Of a DNA stretch of 57,803 nt, positions 1 to 8,461 are shown piece by piece. The notes below the pieces were generated by a model, which was not told where the DNA came from, made no database searches, and saw only the letters and a program-made list of their open reading frames with translations. Position numbers and translations under genes: made by a program. Positions within the stretch are counted from its first letter, which is position 1. Every line of letters begins with the position of its first letter. The stretch is from a virus (Duplodnaviria; Caudoviricetes): positions 1 to 57,803 of IMG/VR virus record IMGVR_UViG_3300037422_000254; one strand, written 5' to 3'.

Positions 1-412
1 TGTCTCGCTGCTCAAAGTAATCATGTAAGATCGATCCCTTGAATAGCCCCGCTCTTTCCACCGTCGCCCGCACCATTTTCTCGCCATTCGGCATCGTTTT
101 TTCGCGAAAGACGTGAATCTCGTCAATCTGCGAATCGTCGGCGTACACGTTGGCGTGCTGAAGGGAGTCCAATATGGCCTTCAGCACGTTATCCACGTCC
201 CGACGCCGCTTGTCCGGCGGAAAGATGTGGAGCGTTATAGACAGCCGTCCGTCCATTATTATTTCGCCGGGGTTAGGGAATACCGCCGCACACACGTCCT
301 GGCGATACTTTCGGCCTTTTGCCGAAATCAAGACTCGTCCGTTGACGTATCGCCAGTAATGGTTTACGGACGGTGGATAGGGCAACGGCTTGGTAAATGT
401 CTTCTGGCTCAT
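1..412 (-). CDS. rusA: RusA Holliday junction resolvase (3' end runs off window; absent from ORF track)
   Basis: Manual translation from ATG 412: MSQKTFTKPLPYPPSVNHYWR...FPPDKRRRDVDNVLKAILDSLQHANVYADDSQIDEI, which carries the RusA PPSVN, DxDNxxK and DD motifs; ATGA overlap with upstream HTH gene. Confidence 0.92.
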   Translation of the reverse strand, partial: MSQKTFTKPLPYPPSVNHYWRYVNGRVLISAKGRKYRQDVCAAVFPNPGEIIMDGRLSITLHIFPPDKRRRDVDNVLKAILDSLQHANVYADDSQIDEIHVFREKTMPNGEKMVRATVERAGLFKGSILHDYFEQRD

Positions 413-648
413 TTCCGCCTCTTTGCTACGGGGAAGATGTCTCGTCCGAGGGCGCCCATGAGGCGGGAGGCCCGCTCCGCGAAAGCGCAACATTTGCCGT
501 TTTCTATCGACCGGACGGCGTTTTCGCAGACCCCCATCGCGGCCGCGAGCTCGGCCAGCGCCATGCCTTTTTTGATGCGGGCGCGTTTGACGGCCTGACC
601 GAATTGCCGGCGAAACGCGAGCGATTTTCTGTAAGTCATTTTCCGCAC
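409..648 (-). CDS. XRE-family HTH regulator
   Basis: FGQAVKRARIKKGMALAELAAAMGVCENAVRSIENGK HTH_3 pattern. Confidence 0.8.
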   Translation of the reverse strand: MRKMTYRKSLAFRRQFGQAVKRARIKKGMALAELAAAMGVCENAVRSIENGKCCAFAERASRLMGALGRDIFPVAKRRK

Positions 649-666
649 TCCATTTACGCCTTCCAG

Positions 667-701
667 ATGATTTTACCGAAAATCATTCAAGATTTTCTTG
701 A
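667..701. promoter_or_regulatory. Two adjacent operator-like palindromes between divergent operons
   Basis: ATGATTTT-ACCG-AAAATCAT (667-686) and TCAAGA-TTT-TCTTGA (687-701); the second overlaps the -35 box. Confidence 0.55.
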
Positions 702-725
702 CTCCCACGATCGTTATGATACAAT
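698..725 (+). promoter_or_regulatory. sigma70-type promoter
   Basis: TTGACT-N16-TACAAT with extended -10 TG. Confidence 0.65.
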
Positions 726-766
726 CACTTGCGGTCGCGGTCAAGTGGTTTTTTGGGAGACAGGGA

Positions 767-1225
767 ATGTGTACCCCAAAGATGGCTGGCGAAAGAAGGA
801 TATATGTTCGGTGGGCCGTTCTCTCAGACATGGATGACTGTGTGCGGTGTTCTAGGGGCGCGGGGGTTTATCCTTGGGGCAAAAACGACTTCTTGGTATT
901 TCTTCGCCAGCGGGGAACGGCCGCGAAGCTGGCCGAAATTGGCGGAGATTTCGGCGGATTCGTGGCTTACCAGACCACGAAGAATTTCGTTGAGTTGGTA
1001 AATTTTGCGACGGGGTTGGGGTTTCGTCGGTCTGGCGTGGCCAAAAAACTGATCGGCATGGTGGAGGATCATGCGACGAAGGAGGGCAAAGAGTTAATTG
1101 CGGCCGTGCCGGAGTCGGCCTTGTCTTGCCATCTGTTTTTGCGAGGGCGTGGTTACGTCTGCGTGAAAACGCGGCACGACGAGGATGGGGAGCGATACGT
1201 ATTTTCGCGGATGATGGGTGAGTGA
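767..1225 (+). CDS. RimI-like GNAT N-acetyltransferase
   Basis: RWAVLSDM..YPW..DFLVFLRQR..VNFATGLGFRRSGVAKKL (acetyl-CoA motif)..ESALSCHLFLRGRGY. Confidence 0.8.
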   Translation: MCTPKMAGERRIYVRWAVLSDMDDCVRCSRGAGVYPWGKNDFLVFLRQRGTAAKLAEIGGDFGGFVAYQTTKNFVELVNFATGLGFRRSGVAKKLIGMVEDHATKEGKELIAAVPESALSCHLFLRGRGYVCVKTRHDEDGERYVFSRMMGE

Positions 1226-1448
1226 TGGGGCGGAATGGCCCCGCGTGGATGGATGCCTAGATGGATATGGCGGAAAGGGAATCTGGTCTTGTTGGCGGGG
1301 AGGAGAGGGCTTTTGAAAAGTTCGTTAATACCCCAGCTAGATCATATTGCCGGCCAAATGTTTCCGACACTCAAGTTGATTGGCCAGGGTGATTTTCGCA
1401 CGCTTCACGATTGTGTTCGGCAGATTGCAGGCACGAAGGGAATCAGAT

Positions 1449-2933
1449 ATGATCGCAACTCGCCTTTGGGTCCGATGCTACTCCTGGACTTGGCTCGACA
1501 ATCTGCGAGCCAACTTCGATGGGTTAGAATGGAAGCGTGTCGGCGGTATGGGAGGACTCGTTGGCTTCGACATCCATGAGCGATTCCAAGACTACAACCG
1601 CCCGCGACAAATGGCGGCGTTGCAAACCTGCCGAGCCGCCGGATTCGTCGCCCGGCCCGGCCTGATCTGGAACATCGCCAGCCACGTTGCCAATCCCTAT
1701 GCCAAATGGCTTGAGTGGACGAATCATGTAGCATGGGCCAGCCGTTCGGAGTTGCTGGGCAAGATCGCAGAATTGCAAGACCCTAAATCGCCCGGAATTT
1801 CGATCGACTTTGAAATGTACGGGAGCTTGGGCGATAAGTGCCCGCCGCTGTCGCGGGTGTTTGAGGTTTACTGCGCGTGCGAATCGCTTCAGGCTGTTGC
1901 GGGGACGAAGAGGATTTACGCCTATCCGGCCGTCCCGCAATTTCCGCAAAATGTCGCAATTGAAAAGCGGCTTCGCGATATTGTGTGGGAGGGGCAAAAC
2001 CAATTCAATCTCGCCCGCAAAATCGACGATCCGGTGGCGCTGCAACGCGACCTTGACGAGATTGTGACGGAAGGGCGGATATATCAGCAATGGGGCGACG
2101 GCTTCGCTCCTGGTATCGACCAAGACCTCTTGCGGGACTGGGCTATCCCGGTGCAGGACGAATTGGCCAGGCGACTGATCGAAAACGCATGGATCTTTTT
2201 GGACCTATCGCAGGATGACGCCTTGCAATTTGGTACGGTTGAATGGCGGACGCGCCCGCGCGAGCCAATCGCGCCGCCTGATCCGGCCTGGATGGGCTTG
2301 ATGGCGTTCGACGTAGATGTCTCGAAATTTGCGATCGGGCCTTGCGTCGCCTTTGCTCCGTCGGCTGGCTCGACCGCGCCAGTGTTTAACGCTACCGTCT
2401 TGGCGAACGTGGTCGAAGAATATGCGCCTATCCTGCGCAGATTTCTCAGGTTCGACGGCACGCAAGGCCAGGGTTTCCGCGCCGGATTCTCCCGGCAATT
2501 GTCGAACAATTACACTCTGGCGTTCGTCGGCCGGCTGCCAGACTGGCGGGCCAACGATGGTACGGGTTGGCAATTGGGGCCGTTTCGGCTTTACGTGTCG
2601 CAGTCGCCATCCGCACGATGGAACTGGGGCGCGACATGGGCGGCGGCTGATAATGATCGGCATGTCGTGGTCTGCGAGCAGTCGGTATCGGCCGGCAAGA
2701 CCAAGCGGTCGATTCTGATTGACGGCGTGCTGGCCGGTACGAGCGAATTGACGCCGGAAGCGCAGCCTGACGGGACGATGTGTATTGGAAATACCGACGG
2801 CATGACGAGCCGGCCATGCCGTACGGAGCTTGAACGATTGACCGTGTGGGAGGGTGTTGACCGGGCGAAGTCGTTGGACATCGCCAAGCGATACTGTGCA
2901 TGGCATCAGGTGAGGTGGAGGGGCGAGCAGTGA
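1449..2933 (+). CDS. Hypothetical protein with possible C-terminal LamG/ConA-like domain
   Basis: Long ORF; C-terminal HVVVC..ILIDGVL..MCIGN beta-sandwich pattern. Confidence 0.55.
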   Translation: MIATRLWVRCYSWTWLDNLRANFDGLEWKRVGGMGGLVGFDIHERFQDYNRPRQMAALQTCRAAGFVARPGLIWNIASHVANPYAKWLEWTNHVAWASRSELLGKIAELQDPKSPGISIDFEMYGSLGDKCPPLSRVFEVYCACESLQAVAGTKRIYAYPAVPQFPQNVAIEKRLRDIVWEGQNQFNLARKIDDPVALQRDLDEIVTEGRIYQQWGDGFAPGIDQDLLRDWAIPVQDELARRLIENAWIFLDLSQDDALQFGTVEWRTRPREPIAPPDPAWMGLMAFDVDVSKFAIGPCVAFAPSAGSTAPVFNATVLANVVEEYAPILRRFLRFDGTQGQGFRAGFSRQLSNNYTLAFVGRLPDWRANDGTGWQLGPFRLYVSQSPSARWNWGATWAAADNDRHVVVCEQSVSAGKTKRSILIDGVLAGTSELTPEAQPDGTMCIGNTDGMTSRPCRTELERLTVWEGVDRAKSLDIAKRYCAWHQVRWRGEQ

Positions 2934-3039
2934 CCAGCGTGGCGAGCTTGCTTGTGCTGGCGTTTTGTTTTGTTGGTGTCGTGGGAATGTATGCCGGATT
3001 GGTGTATGTGATCCTGTACGGAGGGAAGCGGTAACGCGA

Positions 3040-3387
3040 ATGGGGAAAACGGATTTTCTCTCTCGAAAGGAGGGAACGAGTGTTGGCCGGAAGGCGTCAC
3101 AGCCGATTGCGTGGGTGATGGTGAGTGAGCTTGCCGCAATGCTTAGGGTTAGCCAAAGCACGCTGTATAAGATGCTGAGGGACGGTCGGCTTCCTGTACC
3201 ATCAAAGGTTGGCGGGAAGAAAAAATGGTATCGGTCGGAAATTGAAGAGTGGGAAAGGATGGGTCGGCCATCAGCGCAGGAGTTTGATGCCGATATTGAA
3301 AGACGGCAATTGAAGATGATGCGGCAGTTGACTCCGATTTTGGGACGCGAAAAATTTACTGGCGCGAAAATTCAAAAGAAATACTAG
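3040..3387 (+). CDS. AlpA/excisionase-like HTH protein
   Basis: VSELAAMLRVSQSTLYKMLRDGRLPVPSKVGGKKKWYRSEIEEW. Confidence 0.8.
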   Translation: MGKTDFLSRKEGTSVGRKASQPIAWVMVSELAAMLRVSQSTLYKMLRDGRLPVPSKVGGKKKWYRSEIEEWERMGRPSAQEFDADIERRQLKMMRQLTPILGREKFTGAKIQKKY

Positions 3388-3399
3388 GGCGAGGCGGGC

Positions 3400-4569
3400 A
3401 TGGATCGACTGACGCATTCTTTGGGCGCGGTGAATCAAAAAACGATCAGCGGCAGGGACTATCACGTCCTGGCGTCGCTCATGCGTGGCTACGATGCGCG
3501 GTGGTCGGCTGAGCACAGCAATTATGTTGTCGAAGAAATCGAAAACGAGTTCTGTCACAAGATCAGAAACCCTAAAACCGGCTACCCGCTCAAGGGCCTT
3601 TGGCACGCCGGCAAGATTGACGGCTTGGTCAAGTATGGCGAAAAGCGGTTCCTCTTGGAACACAAAACCACGTCCGAAGATATTTCCGATGCGGATGCGG
3701 TTTATTGGCGCCGGCTGGCTATTGACAGCCAAATCAGCGGTTACATGTTGTCGTTGTGGGATCGCGGAATTGAGGTTGATGGGACGGTTTACGATGTGAT
3801 TCGCAAGCCGTCGATCCGCCCGCGACGGCTGACCAAAGAAAACAAGGCTGAGATTCAGTCGGGGAGTTATTTCGGCCGGTGCCTTGATGGTCGGAAAATC
3901 AATCAGTACCTCGAAATGGAATCGGAGGACGATGAGCTTTTTTCCTTTCGTCTCCTAGCGGACGCGATACAAAATCCGGCGAATTACTACCAGCGAAAAC
4001 AGATTGTCCGCACGCGACAGGACTTGGCGGAGTACGCCCAGGAGCTTTACCAGATTGGCGGACAGATTCGCGAATCGAAGCAGAGCGGCGTTCATTTTAG
4101 AAACTCATCGGCTTGCACGCAATTTGGCTCGACGTGCGAATACTTGCCCTTGTGTTGCGGCTACGATTCGTTTGGTTCCGACTCATGGCAGCGACGGAAA
4201 AGGGCGCACGCTGAGCTTGGCGACAGCACGAACGATCTTCCTGATCGCGAAATTGTTGTCACGGGCAGCCGGCTGAAAACCTTCTTGGCCTGCCGCCGCA
4301 AGGACCATTATCGTTATGGGTTACGGATCGAAAAGGCGGATGGGGAGATAAGCGAAGCATTGAGTTTCGGGGCGGCCTTCCATGAAGCTTTGGCTGCATG
4401 GTGGTCGTATGGCGTGAGTGGGTTAGGACTAGAGGCTGAAGGACAAAAGGAGCCTAAAAATGAGCACGGGGAAAATGCCGGGATCGGCGAGTCGGTCGCT
4501 GAGCCTGGCGGATGCGATCAAGAAGCCGACGAGGAAAGCTCCAAGTTTTTTAGTTTTGCACGCGGTTGA
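3400..4569 (+). CDS. PD-(D/E)XK (RecB/Cas4-like) exonuclease, apparently circularly permuted
   Basis: GKIDGL..LLEHKT, QISGY, CxxxxxxCxxxxxC cluster; the SRLKTFLACRRK..ALSFGAAFHEAL block lies at the C-terminus. Confidence 0.8.
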   Translation: MDRLTHSLGAVNQKTISGRDYHVLASLMRGYDARWSAEHSNYVVEEIENEFCHKIRNPKTGYPLKGLWHAGKIDGLVKYGEKRFLLEHKTTSEDISDADAVYWRRLAIDSQISGYMLSLWDRGIEVDGTVYDVIRKPSIRPRRLTKENKAEIQSGSYFGRCLDGRKINQYLEMESEDDELFSFRLLADAIQNPANYYQRKQIVRTRQDLAEYAQELYQIGGQIRESKQSGVHFRNSSACTQFGSTCEYLPLCCGYDSFGSDSWQRRKRAHAELGDSTNDLPDREIVVTGSRLKTFLACRRKDHYRYGLRIEKADGEISEALSFGAAFHEALAAWWSYGVSGLGLEAEGQKEPKNEHGENAGIGESVAEPGGCDQEADEESSKFFSFARG

Positions 4570-5311
4570 GGGATTCGGCAAAACGTCGTTTGCGGCGTTC
4601 TCGCCGAATCCGATTTTTCTGACGACGGAAAGCGGCATCGAAACGCTGATCCACAGGGGAAGGTTGCCGGAGACGGCGCACTTGCCAAGGGTGGCGAGAT
4701 GGCGCGATGTGCTGGGGTTGGTCGATGAGTTGGCGTCGTCGCAGCACGATTACAAGACATTGGTGATCGATACGCTAAACGGGGTCGAAAAACTGTGCCA
4801 CGAGCACGTCTGCGGCCGTGACTTCAACGGCGAATTCAATGAGAAGGGCTTCTTGGCTTACGCTCGTGGTTACGAGGTCGCTACAAGCGATTGGAGGGAA
4901 TTTCTGATCCGGCTTGAGAAAATCAAGGACGTCGGCATGGGGGTGGTCGCGCTGTGTCATACTCGCATCGCCAATTTCAAAAACCCCGAAGGCCCCGACT
5001 ACGATCGCTACCAAGCGGATCTTCACGCGAAAACATGGTCGCTCACGCATAAGGCGGCGGACGAGGTTTTGTTCGGCAACTTCGCCGTGAACGTGGATCG
5101 CGACAAAAGAGGAGACAGGGCGAAGGCCCGGAGTGGAGGTGAACGGGTTCTCCACACGGAATGGTCGGCGGCTTACGACGCGAAGAACCGCTATGGCCTG
5201 CCGGCGGAAATCGACGTTTCTTCGACCGGAAAATACGAATTCGAGGGCAAGGAGGCTTGGGAAAACTTTCTTCAGGCCATCAAAGAAAGCAAAAAGAAGG
5301 ACGGTGAGTGA
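4460..5311 (+). CDS. AAA_24/Sak4-like phage recombination ATPase
   Basis: Walker A AVEGFGKT, Walker B LVIDT, YDAKNRYGLP. Confidence 0.85.
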   Translation: MSTGKMPGSASRSLSLADAIKKPTRKAPSFLVLHAVEGFGKTSFAAFSPNPIFLTTESGIETLIHRGRLPETAHLPRVARWRDVLGLVDELASSQHDYKTLVIDTLNGVEKLCHEHVCGRDFNGEFNEKGFLAYARGYEVATSDWREFLIRLEKIKDVGMGVVALCHTRIANFKNPEGPDYDRYQADLHAKTWSLTHKAADEVLFGNFAVNVDRDKRGDRAKARSGGERVLHTEWSAAYDAKNRYGLPAEIDVSSTGKYEFEGKEAWENFLQAIKESKKKDGE

Positions 5312-5823
5312 TGTACGAACAGGGCGCCTACGACGCGACGGTGATGTCGCAGGGCTTCGGCAAGAGCGAGAAGAGGGGGACTCCCTATTTCTGGCTCGAA
5401 GTGGAGCCGTTCGCGCTGATCGACAAGTACACGGGCGAGAAGAAGGAGGTCGGGCGGCAACCCCGGACGATCTACGTCTACATCACAGAAAAGACGATCG
5501 AATTCGTTGCCGAGAACTTGGCGGCGATCGGGTACAATGGGTCATCGTTTTCCGATCTTGACCCAGTGAATGAAGGTCACCATTCCTTTGTCGGTCAGGA
5601 GATTCGTGCTTACTGCAAGCACGAGGAATACGACGGGGACATGCGCGAGAAGTGGCAGATTTCCGGCGGCGGTGGACCCTCGCATGAACCGTTGGGCAAG
5701 TCGGCCCAAATGGCGATCGACAAACTGTTCGGCAAACATGCGAAGGCCAATCGGCCAAGCAAGAAGAACGGCAAGGCCGCCGAATCCGCTGTGGTTAACC
5801 CCGAAGAGGAGTTGGAATTTTAA
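5308..5823 (+). CDS. Putative ssDNA-binding protein (DUF669-like)
   Basis: Position after Sak4-like gene; OB-like pattern; acidic tail ending EEELEF. Confidence 0.6.
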   Translation: MMYEQGAYDATVMSQGFGKSEKRGTPYFWLEVEPFALIDKYTGEKKEVGRQPRTIYVYITEKTIEFVAENLAAIGYNGSSFSDLDPVNEGHHSFVGQEIRAYCKHEEYDGDMREKWQISGGGGPSHEPLGKSAQMAIDKLFGKHAKANRPSKKNGKAAESAVVNPEEELEF

Positions 5824-5840
5824 CCGTGGAGGCCAAAAGG

Positions 5841-6035
5841 GTGTTGGTTGTGACGCGACTGGTCGGGCAGGAGATTGACATTCTGACTGATCCGCCAGTG
5901 AAGATCAAATTCCTGCGGAGCAGTGGGCTGGGGAAGATCAGTCTTGGTATTGATGTCGATTCGTCAATCCAGGTGTTTCGCCACGAAATTAATCCGTTCG
6001 TGGCAGGAAAGGAAACGAAAGAGCATGGCGAATAA
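5841..6035 (+). CDS. csrA: CsrA/RsmA-like RNA-binding protein
   Basis: MLVVTRLVGQEI..ISLGIDVDSSIQVFRHEI matches CsrA MLxLTRxxGE..VxIGIxAP..VxRxEI. Confidence 0.75.
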   Translation: MLVVTRLVGQEIDILTDPPVKIKFLRSSGLGKISLGIDVDSSIQVFRHEINPFVAGKETKEHGE

Positions 6036-6269
6036 GAAGTTGCTTGGGGGTCAATCAGCCCTGCTTCCTGTGGCGGACACCCTGAAGTCGTCAAGGTTGC
6101 AAGAAGCGATGGAGATTGCTGTAAAAATGGTACTTTTGCGGCTTTTGTCGCTGGAAATTTTTGATCTTCATTAGGGGCGGATGCTCCTCCTCTGGGCATG
6201 ACGCCCTCAATCATGTCTCTGCCGTGTCCCTCGCGACCGAGCTTTTGCCTTGGTCGCGGGGGATTTTAG

Positions 6270-6298
6270 TTGACAGCCATAGTTCTCCTTGATAGCCT
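6270..6298 (+). promoter_or_regulatory. sigma70-type promoter candidate
   Basis: TTGACA-N17-TAGCCT ahead of GGGAGG RBS and ATG 6318. Confidence 0.5.
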
Positions 6299-6317
6299 TA
6301 CTTTGGGGAGGGTTCTC

Positions 6318-6521
6318 ATGGGCAACGCCGTCGCAAAGCCTGGGTGGATTCGGATTTCGGAGGCCGCGAAATTGGCCAGCGTTAGTAGGCAATCTGTCTA
6401 CAAGCGGATCGAAAAGGGCCAGTTGCCGGCGAAAACAGAATACGCCGACAATCGGAAAATTATGTTTGTGCGAGCGAATGAGCTTTTGGCTTGGGCGAAC
6501 TTTCGGAGAGAAAAGAAATGA
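6318..6521 (+). CDS. HTH_17/excisionase-like DNA-binding protein
   Basis: IRISEAAKLASVSRQSVYKRIEKGQLPA. Confidence 0.75.
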   Translation: MGNAVAKPGWIRISEAAKLASVSRQSVYKRIEKGQLPAKTEYADNRKIMFVRANELLAWANFRREKK

Positions 6522-6811
6522 ATGACGAGCTTTTGACGAGACTGGTGGCGTGGGTGTACGCGATGGTCGGTGTGGCCGATCCGACGCCGAAGCTGGTCTC
6601 GGCGACAAAAAGCCTGATTCTGGCCATCTTCGGCTTCGTGGCCGCGCTGGCCGGTGGTTACGAATTAGGTGTGTTCGACACAGCCCAGCCATTCTTTGGT
6701 GCGGTTGCGGCCGATCCGGGGGTTGTGGGACGGGCCTACGGCTCGGGCGCGTTGATGGCGGCAATCTTCAGTTTCGGCGTGAACTTGCTGCTCAAGATCC
6801 TTTCGAGGTGA
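6518..6811 (+). CDS. Small membrane protein (holin candidate)
   Basis: 97 aa, 2-3 hydrophobic segments, basic C-terminus. Confidence 0.5.
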   Translation: MNDELLTRLVAWVYAMVGVADPTPKLVSATKSLILAIFGFVAALAGGYELGVFDTAQPFFGAVAADPGVVGRAYGSGALMAAIFSFGVNLLLKILSR

Positions 6812-7200
6812 TAGGCGTGGCCGAAGCGTCCATTACCGGCCTTGTGCCGTATATCTACAACGCCAAAATCGTTCGCGTTATTGATGGTGACACGATTGAG
6901 GTTGATACCGACCTCGGTGATGGGATCTGGAAGCACAAGGAAAAAATTCGGCTCTACGGCGTGGACGCGCCAGAGCTTCGAGGGCCGGCGAAAGAGGCTG
7001 GCCTTGAGGCTAAAGAGTGGATGGCGACGAAGCTTGTTCCGGGGACAATGGTTCTGATCCGGTCGATCGAAAAGCCGGAGAAATTTGGTCGGCGGTTGGC
7101 GTCGATGTGGGTGCCGGGCGACGCGGAAACGATTTCCGCTCAACTGATAAAGGCCGGCTTGGCAAGGAGTTATTTCGGTGGCACTCATGGCCCTGCATAG
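6808..7200 (+). CDS. Thermonuclease (SNase family)
   Basis: VRVIDGDTI, IRLYGVDAPE, EKFGRRLA. Confidence 0.88.
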   Translation: MIGVAEASITGLVPYIYNAKIVRVIDGDTIEVDTDLGDGIWKHKEKIRLYGVDAPELRGPAKEAGLEAKEWMATKLVPGTMVLIRSIEKPEKFGRRLASMWVPGDAETISAQLIKAGLARSYFGGTHGPA

Positions 7201-7888
7201 CCTGTTTCTGGTTCTCGCCATCGATATCGTAGGGCCGTCATCGGTCCCCGTTGGCGATCTGTTCGAGCTTCGCGCAGGCAAGACGGCGCAAGCCTACGCA
7301 TGGTTGGTGGTTCCCTCCAAGACGTTTTTTCAGGCTGATGGCGGCTCCAGAATCGCTTTTGCGTCGGGCAAGCCTGGGCTTTACACGTTCGTCTTGGCTG
7401 CGATCGTGGACGGAAAAGTTGAGATTCAGCCGCATATTGTTTCTGTCGGTGACGCCCCTCCTGGCCCGCAACCCCCAAATCCTCCTCCGGTCCCTGTGCC
7501 GCCTGGGCCTATTCCCCCCAGGCCACCCGATCCCCCGGCGCCGCCGGTTCCGCCCACGCCGACGGCGCTGGGGGTTTCGCGAGTCGTGTTCGACGAGGCC
7601 ATGAAGTTGTCGCCGGAGGCAAAGGCAAAGGCTCCTGATTTGTCTGCGGCGTTCGATTCCTTGGCGGCGGCGATTTCGGCCGGGACGCTTTCCGGCTTGG
7701 CGATCGGCAAGGAAACGCGGGCCAAATTCAACGAAGCGGTTGGCGACAGGGCAGCGGAATGGAAGGCTGTCGATAAGGCGGTACAAGCAAAATTCCGCTT
7801 GCTTGTCGCGGAAAAGAAACTGCAAAATACGGATGACCTCGCGGCGGCTTACCGAGAGGTCGCCGGAGGGCTGGCCAAGATAAAGTAG
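7178..7888 (+). CDS. Secreted protein with Pro-rich linker
   Basis: Hydrophobic N-terminus, beta domain, PPGPQPPNPPP linker, helical C-terminal domain. Confidence 0.7.
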   Translation: MALMALHSLFLVLAIDIVGPSSVPVGDLFELRAGKTAQAYAWLVVPSKTFFQADGGSRIAFASGKPGLYTFVLAAIVDGKVEIQPHIVSVGDAPPGPQPPNPPPVPVPPGPIPPRPPDPPAPPVPPTPTALGVSRVVFDEAMKLSPEAKAKAPDLSAAFDSLAAAISAGTLSGLAIGKETRAKFNEAVGDRAAEWKAVDKAVQAKFRLLVAEKKLQNTDDLAAAYREVAGGLAKIK

Positions 7889-7898
7889 GGGGTAAGCC

Positions 7899-8099
7899 AT
7901 GCGGGATATGCCATCATTCATGGCGCAAAACCGGCCAGAAAAGGTGAAGGAAATTTTCGCTGCGATGGCCAGGGAACATCCCGAAATGCCGGCTGCGATG
8001 AAGGCCAGGATCGCATCGCGACAAGGCAAGCCGGGCAAACAAAAACAGGGTCCGCCATACAAGGCGGAATTGGCTCTCAAGAAGGCATTAACCGATTAG
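7899..8099 (+). CDS. Small basic hypothetical protein
   Basis: ORF packed in operon with RBS. Confidence 0.55.
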   Translation: MRDMPSFMAQNRPEKVKEIFAAMAREHPEMPAAMKARIASRQGKPGKQKQGPPYKAELALKKALTD

Positions 8100-8461
8100 T
8101 GGAGACTCCTGTGTTGACGAAAAGCGAAATGTGGGGAAACAGGATCGCGAAGAATAATCCGCTTGTGGCGGATCTTGACCCCGTTTTACTCGCGGCGATT
8201 ATTTCGGCGCTGCTGCCGCTGATCGGCAAAATCTGCAAGTTTCAGAACGAGCCTACGAAGGCCAAAGAAAAGGCTGCCGTGTTGATTCTTCGTGGCGAAA
8301 TGAAACCTCCTCTCAAGATCCGGCGAGAAATGCGACGGCAGGGGCTGAAAGACACAGACAAGCAAGACAGAGTGTGGGTTGCGATGATGACCGACGCGGC
8401 TAATCAGCCGGACGTTGAGTTTGAGAAGGTGGCGGCGTCGATCAACTGGACTGAGGATTGA
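8099..8461 (+). CDS. Hypothetical protein with one hydrophobic helix
   Basis: Overlapping start and stop with neighbours; VLLAAIISALLPLIG. Confidence 0.6.
   Translation: METPVLTKSEMWGNRIAKNNPLVADLDPVLLAAIISALLPLIGKICKFQNEPTKAKEKAAVLILRGEMKPPLKIRREMRRQGLKDTDKQDRVWVAMMTDAANQPDVEFEKVAASINWTED

Noticed and set aside
113-598. Plus-strand ORFs at the window start
   Set aside because: They overlap the clear rusA and HTH genes on the minus strand.
3400-4569. Cas4 as evidence of a CRISPR-Cas system
   Set aside because: The context is a phage recombination module (Sak4-like, SSB-like), with no cas1/cas2 or array.
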